DNA of 64,000 nucleotides from Chrysomallon squamiferum (taxonomy: Eukaryota > Animalia > Mollusca): NCBI GenBank assembly GCA_012295275.1, contig CM022673.1:27900001-27964000 (forward strand). Direction: 5' to 3'. The notes beneath the pieces are model-generated. The model made no database searches. It was not told where the DNA came from and saw only the letters and a program-made list of their open reading frames with translations. Each line of letters starts with the position of its first letter. Within the stretch, counting starts at the first letter, position 1. Made by a program: the position numbers and the translations under genes. Shown here one piece after another: positions 27,552-40,135 of the stretch.

Positions 27552-28054
27552 GTACACACACAGAGACACACACACATATATATATATGACGCATTAATTA
27601 TTGCTACTGTTAATGAAACTGAACATTTTGTACCATTTTGCTCTCTCTATTTTCTCATTCATTTTATTTTTTTTATCTTCTATTTTTCAAATTTTCGAAT
27701 GTTAAATCCAATTACTTAAACTGTAATATCATAACCGACGCTTTCTTGTTCATCAACATGGAAAAAACGATCTGTAAAAACATCACACGGTAGATTGGCT
27801 AAAACAGTCGCAAGGGATCTTTAGATATAACACACAGATCGTTCGCTTTGTTCTCTAACAGACAACCTCTGGCAGCAATAATCATATATGATATATTCTG
27901 GCAATTCAAATTTAATATAAAATACAGAGCAAAGTTTTTAAAAAATTATATTAATAATAAGAAAATAAAATTTAAAAAAACAACAACGAATACTTCAAGA
28001 AAACAACGCAATTTGTTTGTTTCCCGGAATCTCTAGACAATCAAAATGAAATAA

Positions 28055-28107
<53 letters not shown>

Positions 28108-29455
28108 CAAAACATTTAAATTTGGATCGTACAAAGAGAAACTGCTATTATAAGACGAAGAAAAACAATATTAACTGGTTCAAAAAAGATGTCTTCTTTC
28201 CACAGCCCAGAATTTGCTCAAGGGCTATGTTACAAAATAAAAATAAAAATAATGATTTCAATAATTAATTTTTAACGATAATAAAGATATCATTCATACT
28301 TAATACACACTAATATAACGTGAATGTTCGTGCAATGATTGACTGATTGAGAGTGAATGATGAAACGTTTTGACATTGTTTTTCCAAAATCCACAGAACT
28401 TCGTTTAACTCAACAAATATGATTCTGAATATTTGCCTGCATATGTCGCACTCTCCGTTATTCAGTCATTTATTCAGTGACACCTCAGTCACCAGGGAGA
28501 TATTTAAACGTGATGACGTTTACTTTTTTTCGCTTTATGTCTAGACGTACTAAAGGTAACTTCATTTATGATGTAATGTAAGAACACTGATGACGTAATA
28601 CAGTGATTATGGCTTTAGACGACCAGATTTTGATATTCTAATAAGGCCACACGAAGTTATACGAGAACAATACGGGAATATACGAAATAAAATACGGAAA
28701 TACAGCAAGAAATGAAGGAAGAAAGAAAGAAAGAAAGTAAGAAAGGGAGATACGAAAGAAGGATAATAACACAAAGATTATACCGTGGTCCTAACAAAAT
28801 AAAACTAAACAGAAAAATCCACATTGATTATCGAAATGCAATGTTAAAACGTTAACAATAAGGCAACTTAAAAATAAAAATAAACATAATAATAATAATA
28901 ACAACAACAAAAATAATAATAAATAAATAAATAAATAAATAAATAAAATTGAAAAAAAAATTGAAAAAAAAAAAAAACCTACTGTACCAAATTGTCGGAA
29001 ACCATGTTAAGTGTATCTAAGGAAATTCAATGAGTTTGTTTGATGGAAATGAGTTATAACAGAACTACATGACAACGTTGCCGCTGGGATCATCAGCAGT
29101 GTCCAGCAGCTGCTGTCACTGGCAGTCCGGACTATTAACATAAAGTACACTCATAGTACATCTCAAACAAGAGCCGTAACACAGATTGCCGTAGGTTTTA
29201 GAGTCAGCTGGTGAAACGTCTTGTAAGCTACATTAGCATTGTGAGAACGTTCAAAATAATACTGTAGCCCACAGACGTCCGCTAACAAATGTCTGACATC
29301 GGTCAAGATAAGTCTTTTTCAGACACTGACCAGTGCTAATTTCCATACTCGCAATTCACATATGATGAATCACAACTGAAAGTGCCTATCCCTGTGGTTT
29401 TGCATAGAGGCACAAAAGGAGAAGCATTCGTAACTTTCATTATGAAATTAATTCC

Positions 29456-29493
<38 letters not shown>

Positions 29494-30098
29494 TGTATGT
29501 ATGTATGTATGTATAGGTATGTGTATGTTTATGTATGTATGTATGTATGTATGTATGTATGTATGTATGTATGTATGTATGTATGTATGTATGTATGTAT
29601 GTATGTATGTATGTATGTATGTATGTATGTATCTATATGTATGTATCTATATGTATGTATCTATATGTATGTAACTAAAACATTGGTTTATTAGGTACTT
29701 GTTATTCAAAAAGAAATTGTTTTATCAATTACTTATGTTTATATACATATGTGTTTTATATTTCATTCAGTGGATGCCATTGGAACTTGTAAACTCCACT
29801 CGCAGTGATAGAAATTAAAATGACTCAAACTGAAAAAACTATGATCACATTCTGTATGTCAGTGTACATGTACGGGTATGTGTCTGTATTTGTGCATAGC
29901 TCCGTGTGTGTGTGTGTGTGTATTGTGTATGAGAGAAAAGAAGAGAGACAGAGATGCAAACAGACAAACAGACAAACAGACAGACACTGAGATAGTCTAC
30001 AAAAAACTAAATATACAAAATAATCAGTAATGACTCTTACCTGTAAGTACTGCGAGGCATATTACGAAAACGAAGACAGCAGACGACATTCTTGCCAT
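22741..30098 (-). CDS. Secreted prepropeptide (putative neuropeptide or host-defence peptide precursor), 3 exons, 98 aa
   Basis: Exons 30098-30041 (MARMSSAVFVFVICLAVLT, donor G|gtaaga), 23678-23485 (acceptor tttgtgtag, donor CGA|gtaagt) and 22785-22741 (acceptor ttcttttcag, TGA). Phases 1 and 0 match. Spliced product: MARMSSAVFVFVICLAVLTDFYVRG-DDVRNRR-DASLSEEDLGLTPEELAVLQKLLTVPSPS-KR-QLCKSGFAFNPVFGRCRPSSRLLRQGSIRGRYKSY. Confidence 0.85.
23105..23200 (+). mobile_element. hAT-Tip100-like terminal fragment in prepropeptide intron 2
   Basis: GGATTAAGATCTTATGAGACTCTAAGCGCTAACAAGATTTTGGTGCCC...TGTAAT resembles hAT-Tip100 MITE ends as I recall them (CAGGGCCGGATTAAG...GGCCCTAAGCACTGAAAAGATTATGGTGCCC). 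Confidence 0.4.
29465..29672. repeat. (TATG)n microsatellite
   Basis: Direct; source of the MYVC-repeat pseudo-ORFs. Confidence 0.95.
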
Positions 30099-30199
30099 AA
30101 CGAGAAAGATTTTTCTACGATTTCTGAAGTTAAAACCGGATCGTCAACAGTTGTTGAAAAGTCTACAAGTGTTTCGTGGCGCGCTTTACAGACAGGCAC

Positions 30200-30276
30200 G
30201 AATTAAATAGCCTCGCTGTTGATACCGGTTATTAATGCGCCCGAGACGGGTCACGTGGCCATTCAGAAAGCCAATA
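30200..30276 (-). promoter_or_regulatory. Putative promoter of the prepropeptide gene
   Basis: TATA-like TATTTAA on the minus strand (~30203-30209), E-box CACGTG 30252-30257 and CCAAT 30271-30275, about 105-180 nt upstream of the ATG. Confidence 0.45.
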
Positions 30277-31008
30277 CGATCTGTGGTTTAGAAACAATGA
30301 TAAACGGCTCGGGACATGTGAACATTTCGTTCCCCTAAGGTGTATAGAATTACTCACATATGGAGCTGGATTCAAATCGGTCTGATATTAATCTGTAATT
30401 TCCCCAGCGATGCTGTGAATTAAAGAATAATGTTATGGGAATGAACCATATTGCAATTAATTGACTTAAAAATAGACCTTTCACGTAGATCCATGGATAA
30501 CTTTTTTTTTTTTTTGTTTTTTTGGCTCTTCTCGACTCATAAGGAAACCTAAATCGTCAAACATGCACATACAGATATACTAACATACGTGTTCTCTTTC
30601 TTGTAATTGCAGTATAGTTTGTATTGGCAATGATAGTACAAATAGCTGTAGTAATAGTAGTAGTAGAGAAGTAGTAGTAGTAGTAATAACAGCAGCAGTA
30701 GCAGTGACAGTAGTAGTAATAGTAGCAGCAGCCACATTTGCAGTAGTAGTAGAAGAAGAAGTAATAGTAGTAGTGGTAGTATTGTACTATTGTCATAAGT
30801 TACTGGAGTACAGCAGTAGTACATTAGAAGTATTATCGATAGTATTAATAACAGTAATAATATTTGTAACAGAAATTGTAGTAACAGTAGTGATGGTATA
30901 GTGACAAAATGAACATACTTAATAACAGAAATCTCGTTATTGCAATAAGATATTTTAATTCAATATTTTCGTTAAAAGTGACACAAATCGCTTAATATCA
31001 GAACCACT

Positions 31009-31737
<729 letters not shown>

Positions 31738-32024
31738 TGTAGCAGATGGTCTAAAAAGACTTAGTCGACTCTCCGATTACCTGATTTCAGTTACGCTTTT
31801 TCTGCTGCTGTTCCGCCGAGTCCCAAAGGAGCGACACGAAGCTTGTCGAAGCATTTGATGTACGTTCACAACTGTCTATTAAACTGTCGAATAAAAAGAC
31901 ACATGGGATTTTGTCCTCCAAATTTATGATGCAAATTAGTGATGCAAGGTTCAAACAGATTATAATATTTTTTTTTTTTCTTTTTTTTTTTTTATATATA
32001 TATATATATATTTTTTTTTTTTAT

Positions 32025-32242
32025 GTGGGTGTGGGTGTGTGTAGTTCAGGATGTTGAATATTCTCTGACTTATGTACGACTGATTAGACTCTGCACACAG
32101 ACAATATTCTGGAACGCACTGGCGCAGGAGGACAAAGTCCAATTACGACTCACAAACCCGTCAGATTCCGCTGACGAGACTCGAACGTATGACACCCATT
32201 CGCCCGCAGTCCGAAGGCAGACGACGTTACCGTTCGGACATG
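32025..32242 (-). mobile_element. tRNA-derived SINE, copy 1
   Basis: Minus strand shows A-box-like TGTCCGAACGG, a long variable-arm spacer, B-box GTTCGAGTC, a unique body and a (CA)-rich tail; homologous to 36085-36309. Confidence 0.75.
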
Positions 32243-32760
32243 TATGTATGTGTCTGTGTATGTATGTATGTATGTATGTATGTATGTATGTATGTATGTG
32301 TGTGTGTATGTATATTTGTGTGCATATATGTACGTGTGTATGTGTGTATGTGTCTATGTATGTATGTATGCATGTATGTATGTGTGTATGTATGTTTGTG
32401 TGCATATATGTACGTCTGTATGTGTGAATGTATGTATATGTATGAATATATGTATGTATGTATGTATTTATATGTATGTATATGTATGTATATATGTATG
32501 TATGTATGTATGTATTTATATGTATGTCAGATTCAGACATAACTGGTGTTTTCTAAAATAACAAATAATAGTTTTTCTTATTTTCAGCTAAATAAATAAA
32601 CTGAAATCTGAAACAGCGTTTAAGACTGTGCAGATGTTACTGTTCTTTGCGTCAAATCACTTGTCATGATAATTGTCTCAGATCGCTGGTAAACATCTGC
32701 TGGTTCGTTCTGTCATCAAACAACCATTCATTTAGTGGGAAGTGTTATAAACTTAACATG

Positions 32761-32957
32761 CAGGGGCGTATCTAAGGTGTGGCAAGCATGGCACCTGCCC
32801 TGAAGGTAGACTGAAGGGGTGGGGGGTACGCTACTGAACATTTTTTATTAAATTTGACTGGTATTTTGGAGCTGGTTTTGTGGTAATTATTTTAAAGGTG
32901 AATGTCAGATGCTTGATATGGGGCGATATTTTTCGTAGATGCTACTACCCTTGCCTG
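32761..32957 (+). mobile_element. Degenerate hAT-like MITE
   Basis: Starts CAGGGGCGTATCTA and ends ...TAGATGCTACTACCCTTGCCTG, an imperfect inverted match; no clean TSD. Confidence 0.3.
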
Positions 32958-33022
32958 CATGTGACGAAGTAAATGAATGGTGTTACTGTATTTTTATATA
33001 TAGTTTATTCCCTAGAATGTTT

Positions 33023-33054
<32 letters not shown>

Positions 33055-33782
33055 TTTTCATGACCATCAGAAATTTGATTAAAGGCCCGTAACCAGAGTT
33101 CAAATTCTGGTAAAATTAAGAGCTGAAATTTATTTATTTATTTATTTATTTATTATTTATTTATTTATTTTTAAATTATTTTTATTTTTTTATTTTCTTT
33201 GTTTATTTGTTTCTTACTTCGTTCGTTCATTCGTTTGTCCGTCCATTCGTTTGTTTTTTGTTTTTTTTTTTTTTTGTAATATCTGACAACAAGGATTAAT
33301 TTGGAAATGTAATCCAGAAGATAATATAAAAAAATGAGTTAAAATACAAACTACTTCATAAAATAATATTAATATCGTATTGAACATGAAATGTTTTCCT
33401 TATCTCTCTTGAATAAATACTGTCGAAATTAATTTCATTTCGTTTTCTTTCTTATTTTTTCATTTTCTTTTCTTATTCATTTTTTTTTTTTTTTGTTATT
33501 TTTGAAATTATTATGTCGAACGATATTCATACATTGATATAACCATCATTTACTGTTTCTCCATTTCAGTATAAATGTTTACATACAAAAATTAATGAAA
33601 ATGGTGTATAATTATGTTGACTGTTTATGACGTGATAAAAGGAATGTGTATTTTGTAAAACCTGGTTTGCAAAGATGGTTTAAAGTTAGGATAAATTTAA
33701 CCAGCATGATTATAATTAATACTGTGGACTTTGTTACGCAGTTTTCTGATTCACAAGTACAATATAGCAATATTACTATTAC

Positions 33783-33852
<70 letters not shown>

Positions 33853-34534
33853 TATTATTATTATTAATATTTATTATTATTATTTATTTATTTATTAATT
33901 AATTAATTTATTTATTTATTTATTTATTTATTTAATTGTTTGTTTGTTTGTTTATTTCATTTTCAACTTTAGAAAAGGGTATTCCAGAACAATATGAATG
34001 AAGTAATAAGTAATTCAAAAGGTTAACATTTTGCGGTATTAAAAATGCACGACTATTCAAACTGCTTAATACAAAGATTGTTTATCTTTGCGCATTATAA
34101 TAGCACTGATGGGTGCGACTCCTCGCATTCTGTGAATTTACACATCGAACCATTCCACTTGCCTGATGTGCATGTCTAAGAGGGAGTGCTTAAAAATTAA
34201 CTGGCCGGCATCACGCAAGCTTCGATATTAAAGCCTACAAACAATTACAAAGTGTGCCGTAACTGTCTTTGATTGTCACTTCTAAACGCACATGCCATAT
34301 TCCGTGTTTAATAAAGCCTACTGTTTTCGTCATTTATGATTCAGTGGTTTGAAAAGCAGGCCCAGATATAACATCACGTAAAGGTGGTCGTGCAATGCCT
34401 ATATCTAGCTTCTCGATCGCTACCTTCAGTTGATCTTTTGGTAGAGAAAAAGAAAAAAGGGGAGCAGAAGACGTTTTCGAGATTTCAGAGATTAGTCAAG
34501 TTGTCGTTCTTTCTCGTTATCTGTTCATCCCGAC

Positions 34535-37162
34535 ATGTCTGTGTCGCAAAGACGCCCGCACGTGCAAGAATTCAGCAACGATGAGTTGATATTTCTGGCC
34601 AAAGAGGTGAGGAAAAGAAAGAAAATTCTCCTGGGTAAAATAACTGCGACCCTGACGGTGAACGAGAAGAAGAAAGCGTGGAGGGAGATTTCGGAGGAAA
34701 ATCTGCGATGCGGTTGGCCTAAGAGACATTTTGATGAAATCAGAGAGAGATGGCAAGACCTGCAGGTAAGAATAAAAAAAGACAATTTTTGATATCAGTT
34801 AATCATTAAAAAATGATAATTTTGTTTCTGGAATAATGATGATAATTTGAGTGTCGTGTTAAAGTAGTGAACGAATGACTAAATGAATATGTTTTAAAAC
34901 ACTTATTACAAACCTTAATTATCATCTAGATTTTCGTTTATTTTGCAAAGGTAAGTATATCATAAATAGTCATTTATAAATGTCTTCTTCTTCTTTAAAA
35001 AAATTTTTAAATAAATACAACAAAAATAAGAAAATAAAAAAGAAATAATAATAATAATAATAAAAGAAAGAAAGAATGAAAGAAAGAAAATTAAATAATA
35101 ATAACAGAAAGGGAAAAAAATTGTGTGTGTGTTATTTTTGTTAATTTTGTTTTTCTGTTGGTAAGTTAGGCTGTTCTTTCCATACAGTTTGTATCTTTAC
35201 TTCCTTGTTTGCCGTGTAGATAAATAAATAATAATATGGTGTACTATCTTTTTTATGCTTGTTTTCACGTCGAGTTTATAGGTCCTAGGAGCATTCAAAC
35301 ACGAAAATATTACCTTTCTCTGAGATAGACTCACAATACAGCGATTCTGAAAAGACTAAATTAAATCCTTTGATCCATTCAGAGGTTGGGGAAAGTTTTA
35401 TAGAGATAGGGGTTAAAACTGACGGGACCTTTTTTATTTATTTTTTTCATATGTTTTGCAGTGGCCATTGTTTTTATAAAAGGGTCACAGAAAAGAAGAT
35501 CTTCAAATCACTTTTATGCGTCTTGCACTATTACTGATAAACCAGGTTCTTGTTGTATTTCTTAGACATGTAGAAAATTGCAGATTAATGCTAATAAGAG
35601 GCCGTAGCCAGAAATAAAATATTTTGTTCTCCAGTACTTTGAAAAGACGGTAATCATGGGAAGAACCCGTGTTTTAATTGTTATCTCTACTACGACTATT
35701 TGCGTGCATTCCGTGCTTAGAGATTAGTGACTCTTTTGTTTGGTTGTTGTTGTTGCTGATGTGTCTGTTGTTGCTGCTGTTGTCTTTGGGGGGAGATTAC
35801 AAAAGATGAAATAATTTAGTATTTTTCAGATTCATTAATTGTGAGATCAACCCTTGTTTTAACGGGTGTCTCTGATATAAACGCACATTGCGTGCTTACA
35901 GTTCATTGACTCTCTTGTTTGTTTGGGTTTTTTGGAGGTGGTTTATAAAAGGTGAGATAATTTAGTGTTTTTCGGTTTTAGTAATTGTGAGATGAACCCT
36001 TTTTTTTAATTGACGTTTTTGCTGCTGTTACAGATGCGTGCTGCGTGTTTGTTGTTCTGCTTTTCTGGGTTTTATGTCCGTGCGTGTGTGTGTGTGGGTG
36101 TGTGGGTGTTTTTCAGGATTTGAATATTCTCTGTCATATATAACGTCTCATTAGACTCTGCACATAGGCAATATTCGAGAACGCTCTGGCGCAGGAGGAC
36201 AAAGTCCAATCACGACCTGACAAACCCGTCAGATGCCGCTGACGAGACTCGAACGTATGGCACCCATTCACCCGCACTCTGAAAGCGAACGACATTACCG
36301 TCCGGCCATGTATGTATGTGTCTGTGTATGTACGTTACCGTCCGGCCATCAAAACGACTCTATGTTAAAGAGTGTCTGTGGCAGCAGGAATAAAAGATCC
36401 GATTCAATTACGTTTTCTTCCAAATTATTATTTTATTATTTTGGCAACGCACCATCACTGAGAACCAAGATTTATGAAAATATGATTGTAACATTGCCAA
36501 AAATTCATCACCGCCATTTATCACCATTGGTGTGAAGGACAAACCGATAGCGGTATTTTTATTGTTGTTATTGTTATTGTTATTGCTACTGTTATTGTTA
36601 TTATTATTATTTTTTTAAATTTTTCTGACAAATCTTAAAAGAAACCTGATCTGTATTTAATGATGTAACGACTACAGAAAAAAAACGTCACAAATATATT
36701 TAATTTTAGAAATCCATTCATTTTTAATGTAACTCGGAAGTGTGTAGAATATATTCAAATTAATTCTTCTTGTAATCAAGGATTTATTTTAAGGAATGAT
36801 TTCGTCGATCCAACATCCAGACAAAGGACAAACACTAGTTGCACAATTAATTAATTAATTAATTAAATTGTAATCGTTCCTTTGTTTTCTTTAAAGAAAC
36901 TGATTTCATTCTGAAAGAAAATACACACTGATGAACATATTTACTTTTCCAATGTCGTGGATCCGCTTTTTTTCGTAATATCATAGATACGTCCATATTA
37001 TGACATCATAGAACCATTGTGACGTAATCGACCATTTCCTTTTCTGATACCAAGCCTAGGCCATTTTCTGAAACTCCCGCGTATGTTTATAAGAATTTGT
37101 TAAATTATTTTTAGGATTAGTTATTTTGGATTAGTTTTCTTTCATATTTATTTATTTATTTA

Positions 37163-37235
<73 letters not shown>

Positions 37236-37252
37236 ATTATTATTATTAGACT

Positions 37253-37291
<39 letters not shown>

Positions 37292-37826
37292 TTTTATTTA
37301 TTTATTTATTTTAAATTTATTTTTATTTTTATTTTTATTTTTATTTTTATATTTATTTTTATATTTATTTTTATTTTTATTTAGTTATTTATTTCCAACC
37401 AGCGGTGATAATTCCTTTACAAAAAAGTACAAAAATCTTAGTACAAAAGTCACGTACTTGTAAACATGCACAAAATAAACATGCACTCGATGTACTCTTA
37501 GCTAAGCTTGCAGGGGAATAATTGTTTTTACCTTTCTAAACGTGTCTTAAATAATTCAAACTTAATTAGGACAATGCTGATCAGTTCTGCTGTGGATTAA
37601 GTTGACTTCATCGCAAGAAAATCTTTTTACTGTTCTCCGTCAGTATTTTTAGACCAATAATCGACAGTTAATCGCTATGTTAACACCTAAAAGCAGTTAA
37701 ATATTAACATAGCGAGATTTTATTCTTCGCTAGAATCCAAAGTAGCCTTAATGTATTAGTTTTATGAAGATGTGCAACTCTTTATTTATGTATGTATGTA
37801 TGTATGTATGTATGTATGTATGTATG

Positions 37827-37857
<31 letters not shown>

Positions 37858-38408
37858 GTGTGTGTGTATGTATGTATGTATTTATGTATTTATTTTATCG
37901 TTATTTTTTATTACTTTATTTTGTTTTAACAGGCATACACATCCAAACATCCATCCTTACGAATATATACATACATATATACATGCATACATACATATAT
38001 ATACATATAATGCATAGATACAAAAACATATATATACACACACATACATACATGCATACAGACATGCATACATATATGCATACATAAAGATTTGCAAATC
38101 TACAAACATATGTAACGAATGTTCTGTACGTTTTTCTAAGTAAATGACTTGTTAGATTTAAACATGTTTATGTACGTGGCAGATGAAACAGGTCGTAGAG
38201 GAAAATCGCTAATATAACAACGATTAAATAAATCAAAAATCGTGGTGGTGTTGTTGTTGTGTTGGTGGTTGTTGTTGTGGTGGTGGCGGTGGTACTTAGT
38301 TTGTTGTTGTCTTATTGGGCCTTAAAATACGGACAGAACTTTCGTTACAACCTGATACACATACATACATATATACATACATTCATACATACATACATAC
38401 ATACATAC

Positions 38409-38441
<33 letters not shown>

Positions 38442-39472
38442 AGCATACATAAATACATATATTGGCATACATACATACACATACGCACACATACATATAT
38501 ATACACACTTACATACATAAAAACAGAAACATACACACACACACACATATACAAACATACTTACATAGATACAAATAAACCCATAGCCTAAGAACTAATT
38601 TAACCTTTTGCCAAAAAGTAGAAGAAAAAAAATCAACAAAACAGAACGAACAGTTCCACAAACACGTCGATAAAGATGTCACCGGCATCGTTTCATTAGC
38701 AGACATTTCATCTGCATGTTCTTGTTGAAATTTGACCACGAGTGATCCCGTCAGTGCTAATTATACCAACTTATTAAACATTAAACAGAAACGTGGGTCG
38801 TCTGCTCATGTTATTTTTCATATATGAATTGTCCGACAGAGAGAGAGACTGATTATTTTTTCATGAGGCTCAGTGGTTAGTGATTGGAACGAAGACCTGT
38901 AAGCAGCGTGTTCGTGTCTCCGTGTAGTTCCTGTTACCGAGTTCTCTGGCACGTTACTCTGTTTAACACAAAGGTGAAGAAGGTTTGTTCACTGCTGGTG
39001 TTAACATAATTAATTAATCGTGAAACAATATTGTGTTATGATTAGCTTTATATGGTGCATATGAATGTGTGATGTCGGTGTCATTTGTTTTGTTGTATAA
39101 ACTATGATCTCACACCAGTTTTATTGTGCATGTGTGTGTATGTGTATGTGTACGTATGTGTGTACATAAATGTATTAATTCGTAACAGTCATTTATGTCA
39201 GTATTTACTTATTGACGAACCTATGATCTCACACCAGTGTTATTTCTAACAGCAAACTTTAATTTCGTCTTCAGGACGAGACAGAGATGAAGCTGGATGA
39301 AGTGCAGCAATTTCCTGACAGAAAAAAGGCTGACGTGAAGTGGTCTGCCGTTGACGAAGCCGTCCTCAAAGTCATTGGGAAGAAGAGTCCATTCCGCAGT
39401 CCACGCCAGACGTTGGAGGTTAACATGTCAAGTAAAGATCGCGGTTCTTCAAAAAGTATCAACACGATATGA
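34535..39472 (+). CDS. Myb/SANT-like DNA-binding domain protein (Myb_DNA-bind_5; MSANTD/NAIF1-like), 2 exons, ~142 aa
   Basis: Exon 34535-34765 (FSNDELIFLAKEV..RKKILLG..KKKAWREI..KRHFDEIRERWQDLQ, donor gtaaga) joins in phase 0 to 39275-39472 (acceptor tcttcag; DETEMKL...WSAVDEAVLKVIG...TI*). The F-S..E..L, AW..I and R...E...RW.DL pattern is typical of this trihelix family. Confidence 0.8.
35661..36010. repeat. Diverged tandem repeat, ~180 bp period, in the Myb/SANT gene intron
   Basis: CATT.CGTGCTTA...GACTCT..TGTTTG...ATAATTTAGT..TTTTC...AATTGTGAGAT.AACCCTT.TTTTAA occurs twice, plus a partial third unit. Confidence 0.7.
36085..36309 (-). mobile_element. tRNA-derived SINE, copy 2
   Basis: A-box TGGCCGGACGG, B-box GTTCGAGTC; shares CTGGCGCAGGAGGACAAAGTCCAAT and CCGCTGACGAGACTCGAACGTATG with copy 1. 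Confidence 0.75.
38866..38990 (+). mobile_element. Possible decayed tRNA-derived SINE of a second family
   Basis: A-box-like GGCTCAGTGGTTAG followed at tRNA-like spacing by B-box-like GTTCGTGTC. Confidence 0.3.
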
Positions 39473-39726
39473 TCGAGTGAAAAACAAATTCCAAACGTTT
39501 TCTGTGTAATGAATGTTTTAAAGAGTTTCTGGCGTTTTTTTCAATCCGAAATTACAGTCGTGTAAGCTTTCTTATTGTTGTTTTAAGCTTATTTATTTAT
39601 TTATTTATTTATTTATTTCATTTTTATCTGAACTAAGATTTGTTGAATTCTAACACTTTCTTTCTTTATTTATTTTCTTCTTATTTTTTTTCTTTTTTTT
39701 TTTTCTTTTTTTTTTATTTATTTTTA

Positions 39727-39804
<78 letters not shown>

Positions 39805-40066
39805 CATTATTATTATTTTAATTATATATATATATATACTTGTTTCATATGAATCCATGTAGTATTTTGTAATTTTGAAGAAATTTTTGAGTGTGATATA
39901 GTGTTCACAAATAAACGTATATCTTGTATTTAAATATGAATTTGTGGTATAAAGATGAATCAAAAGAGTGAAGTATAAAACAATATTGGTCGTGTGTCAG
40001 TCGAACGCGTATTACAGATACATATAAGCATACAATGACCGCATAAATATGTGTTAAATAACCAAT

Positions 40067-40135
<69 letters not shown>

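Noticed and set aside
32171-32190. CTGACGA...GAAC resembling a hammerhead ribozyme core (also at ~36239)
   Set aside because: No room for stem II, GAAC instead of GAAA, no stems I/III found; explained as the reverse complement of the SINE B-box region.
32165-32242. tRNA gene call for the A/B-box regions here and at 36235-36309
   Set aside because: The 5' acceptor strand is missing, stems are degenerate, and homology continues into a shared non-tRNA body and tail, so these are SINE heads.
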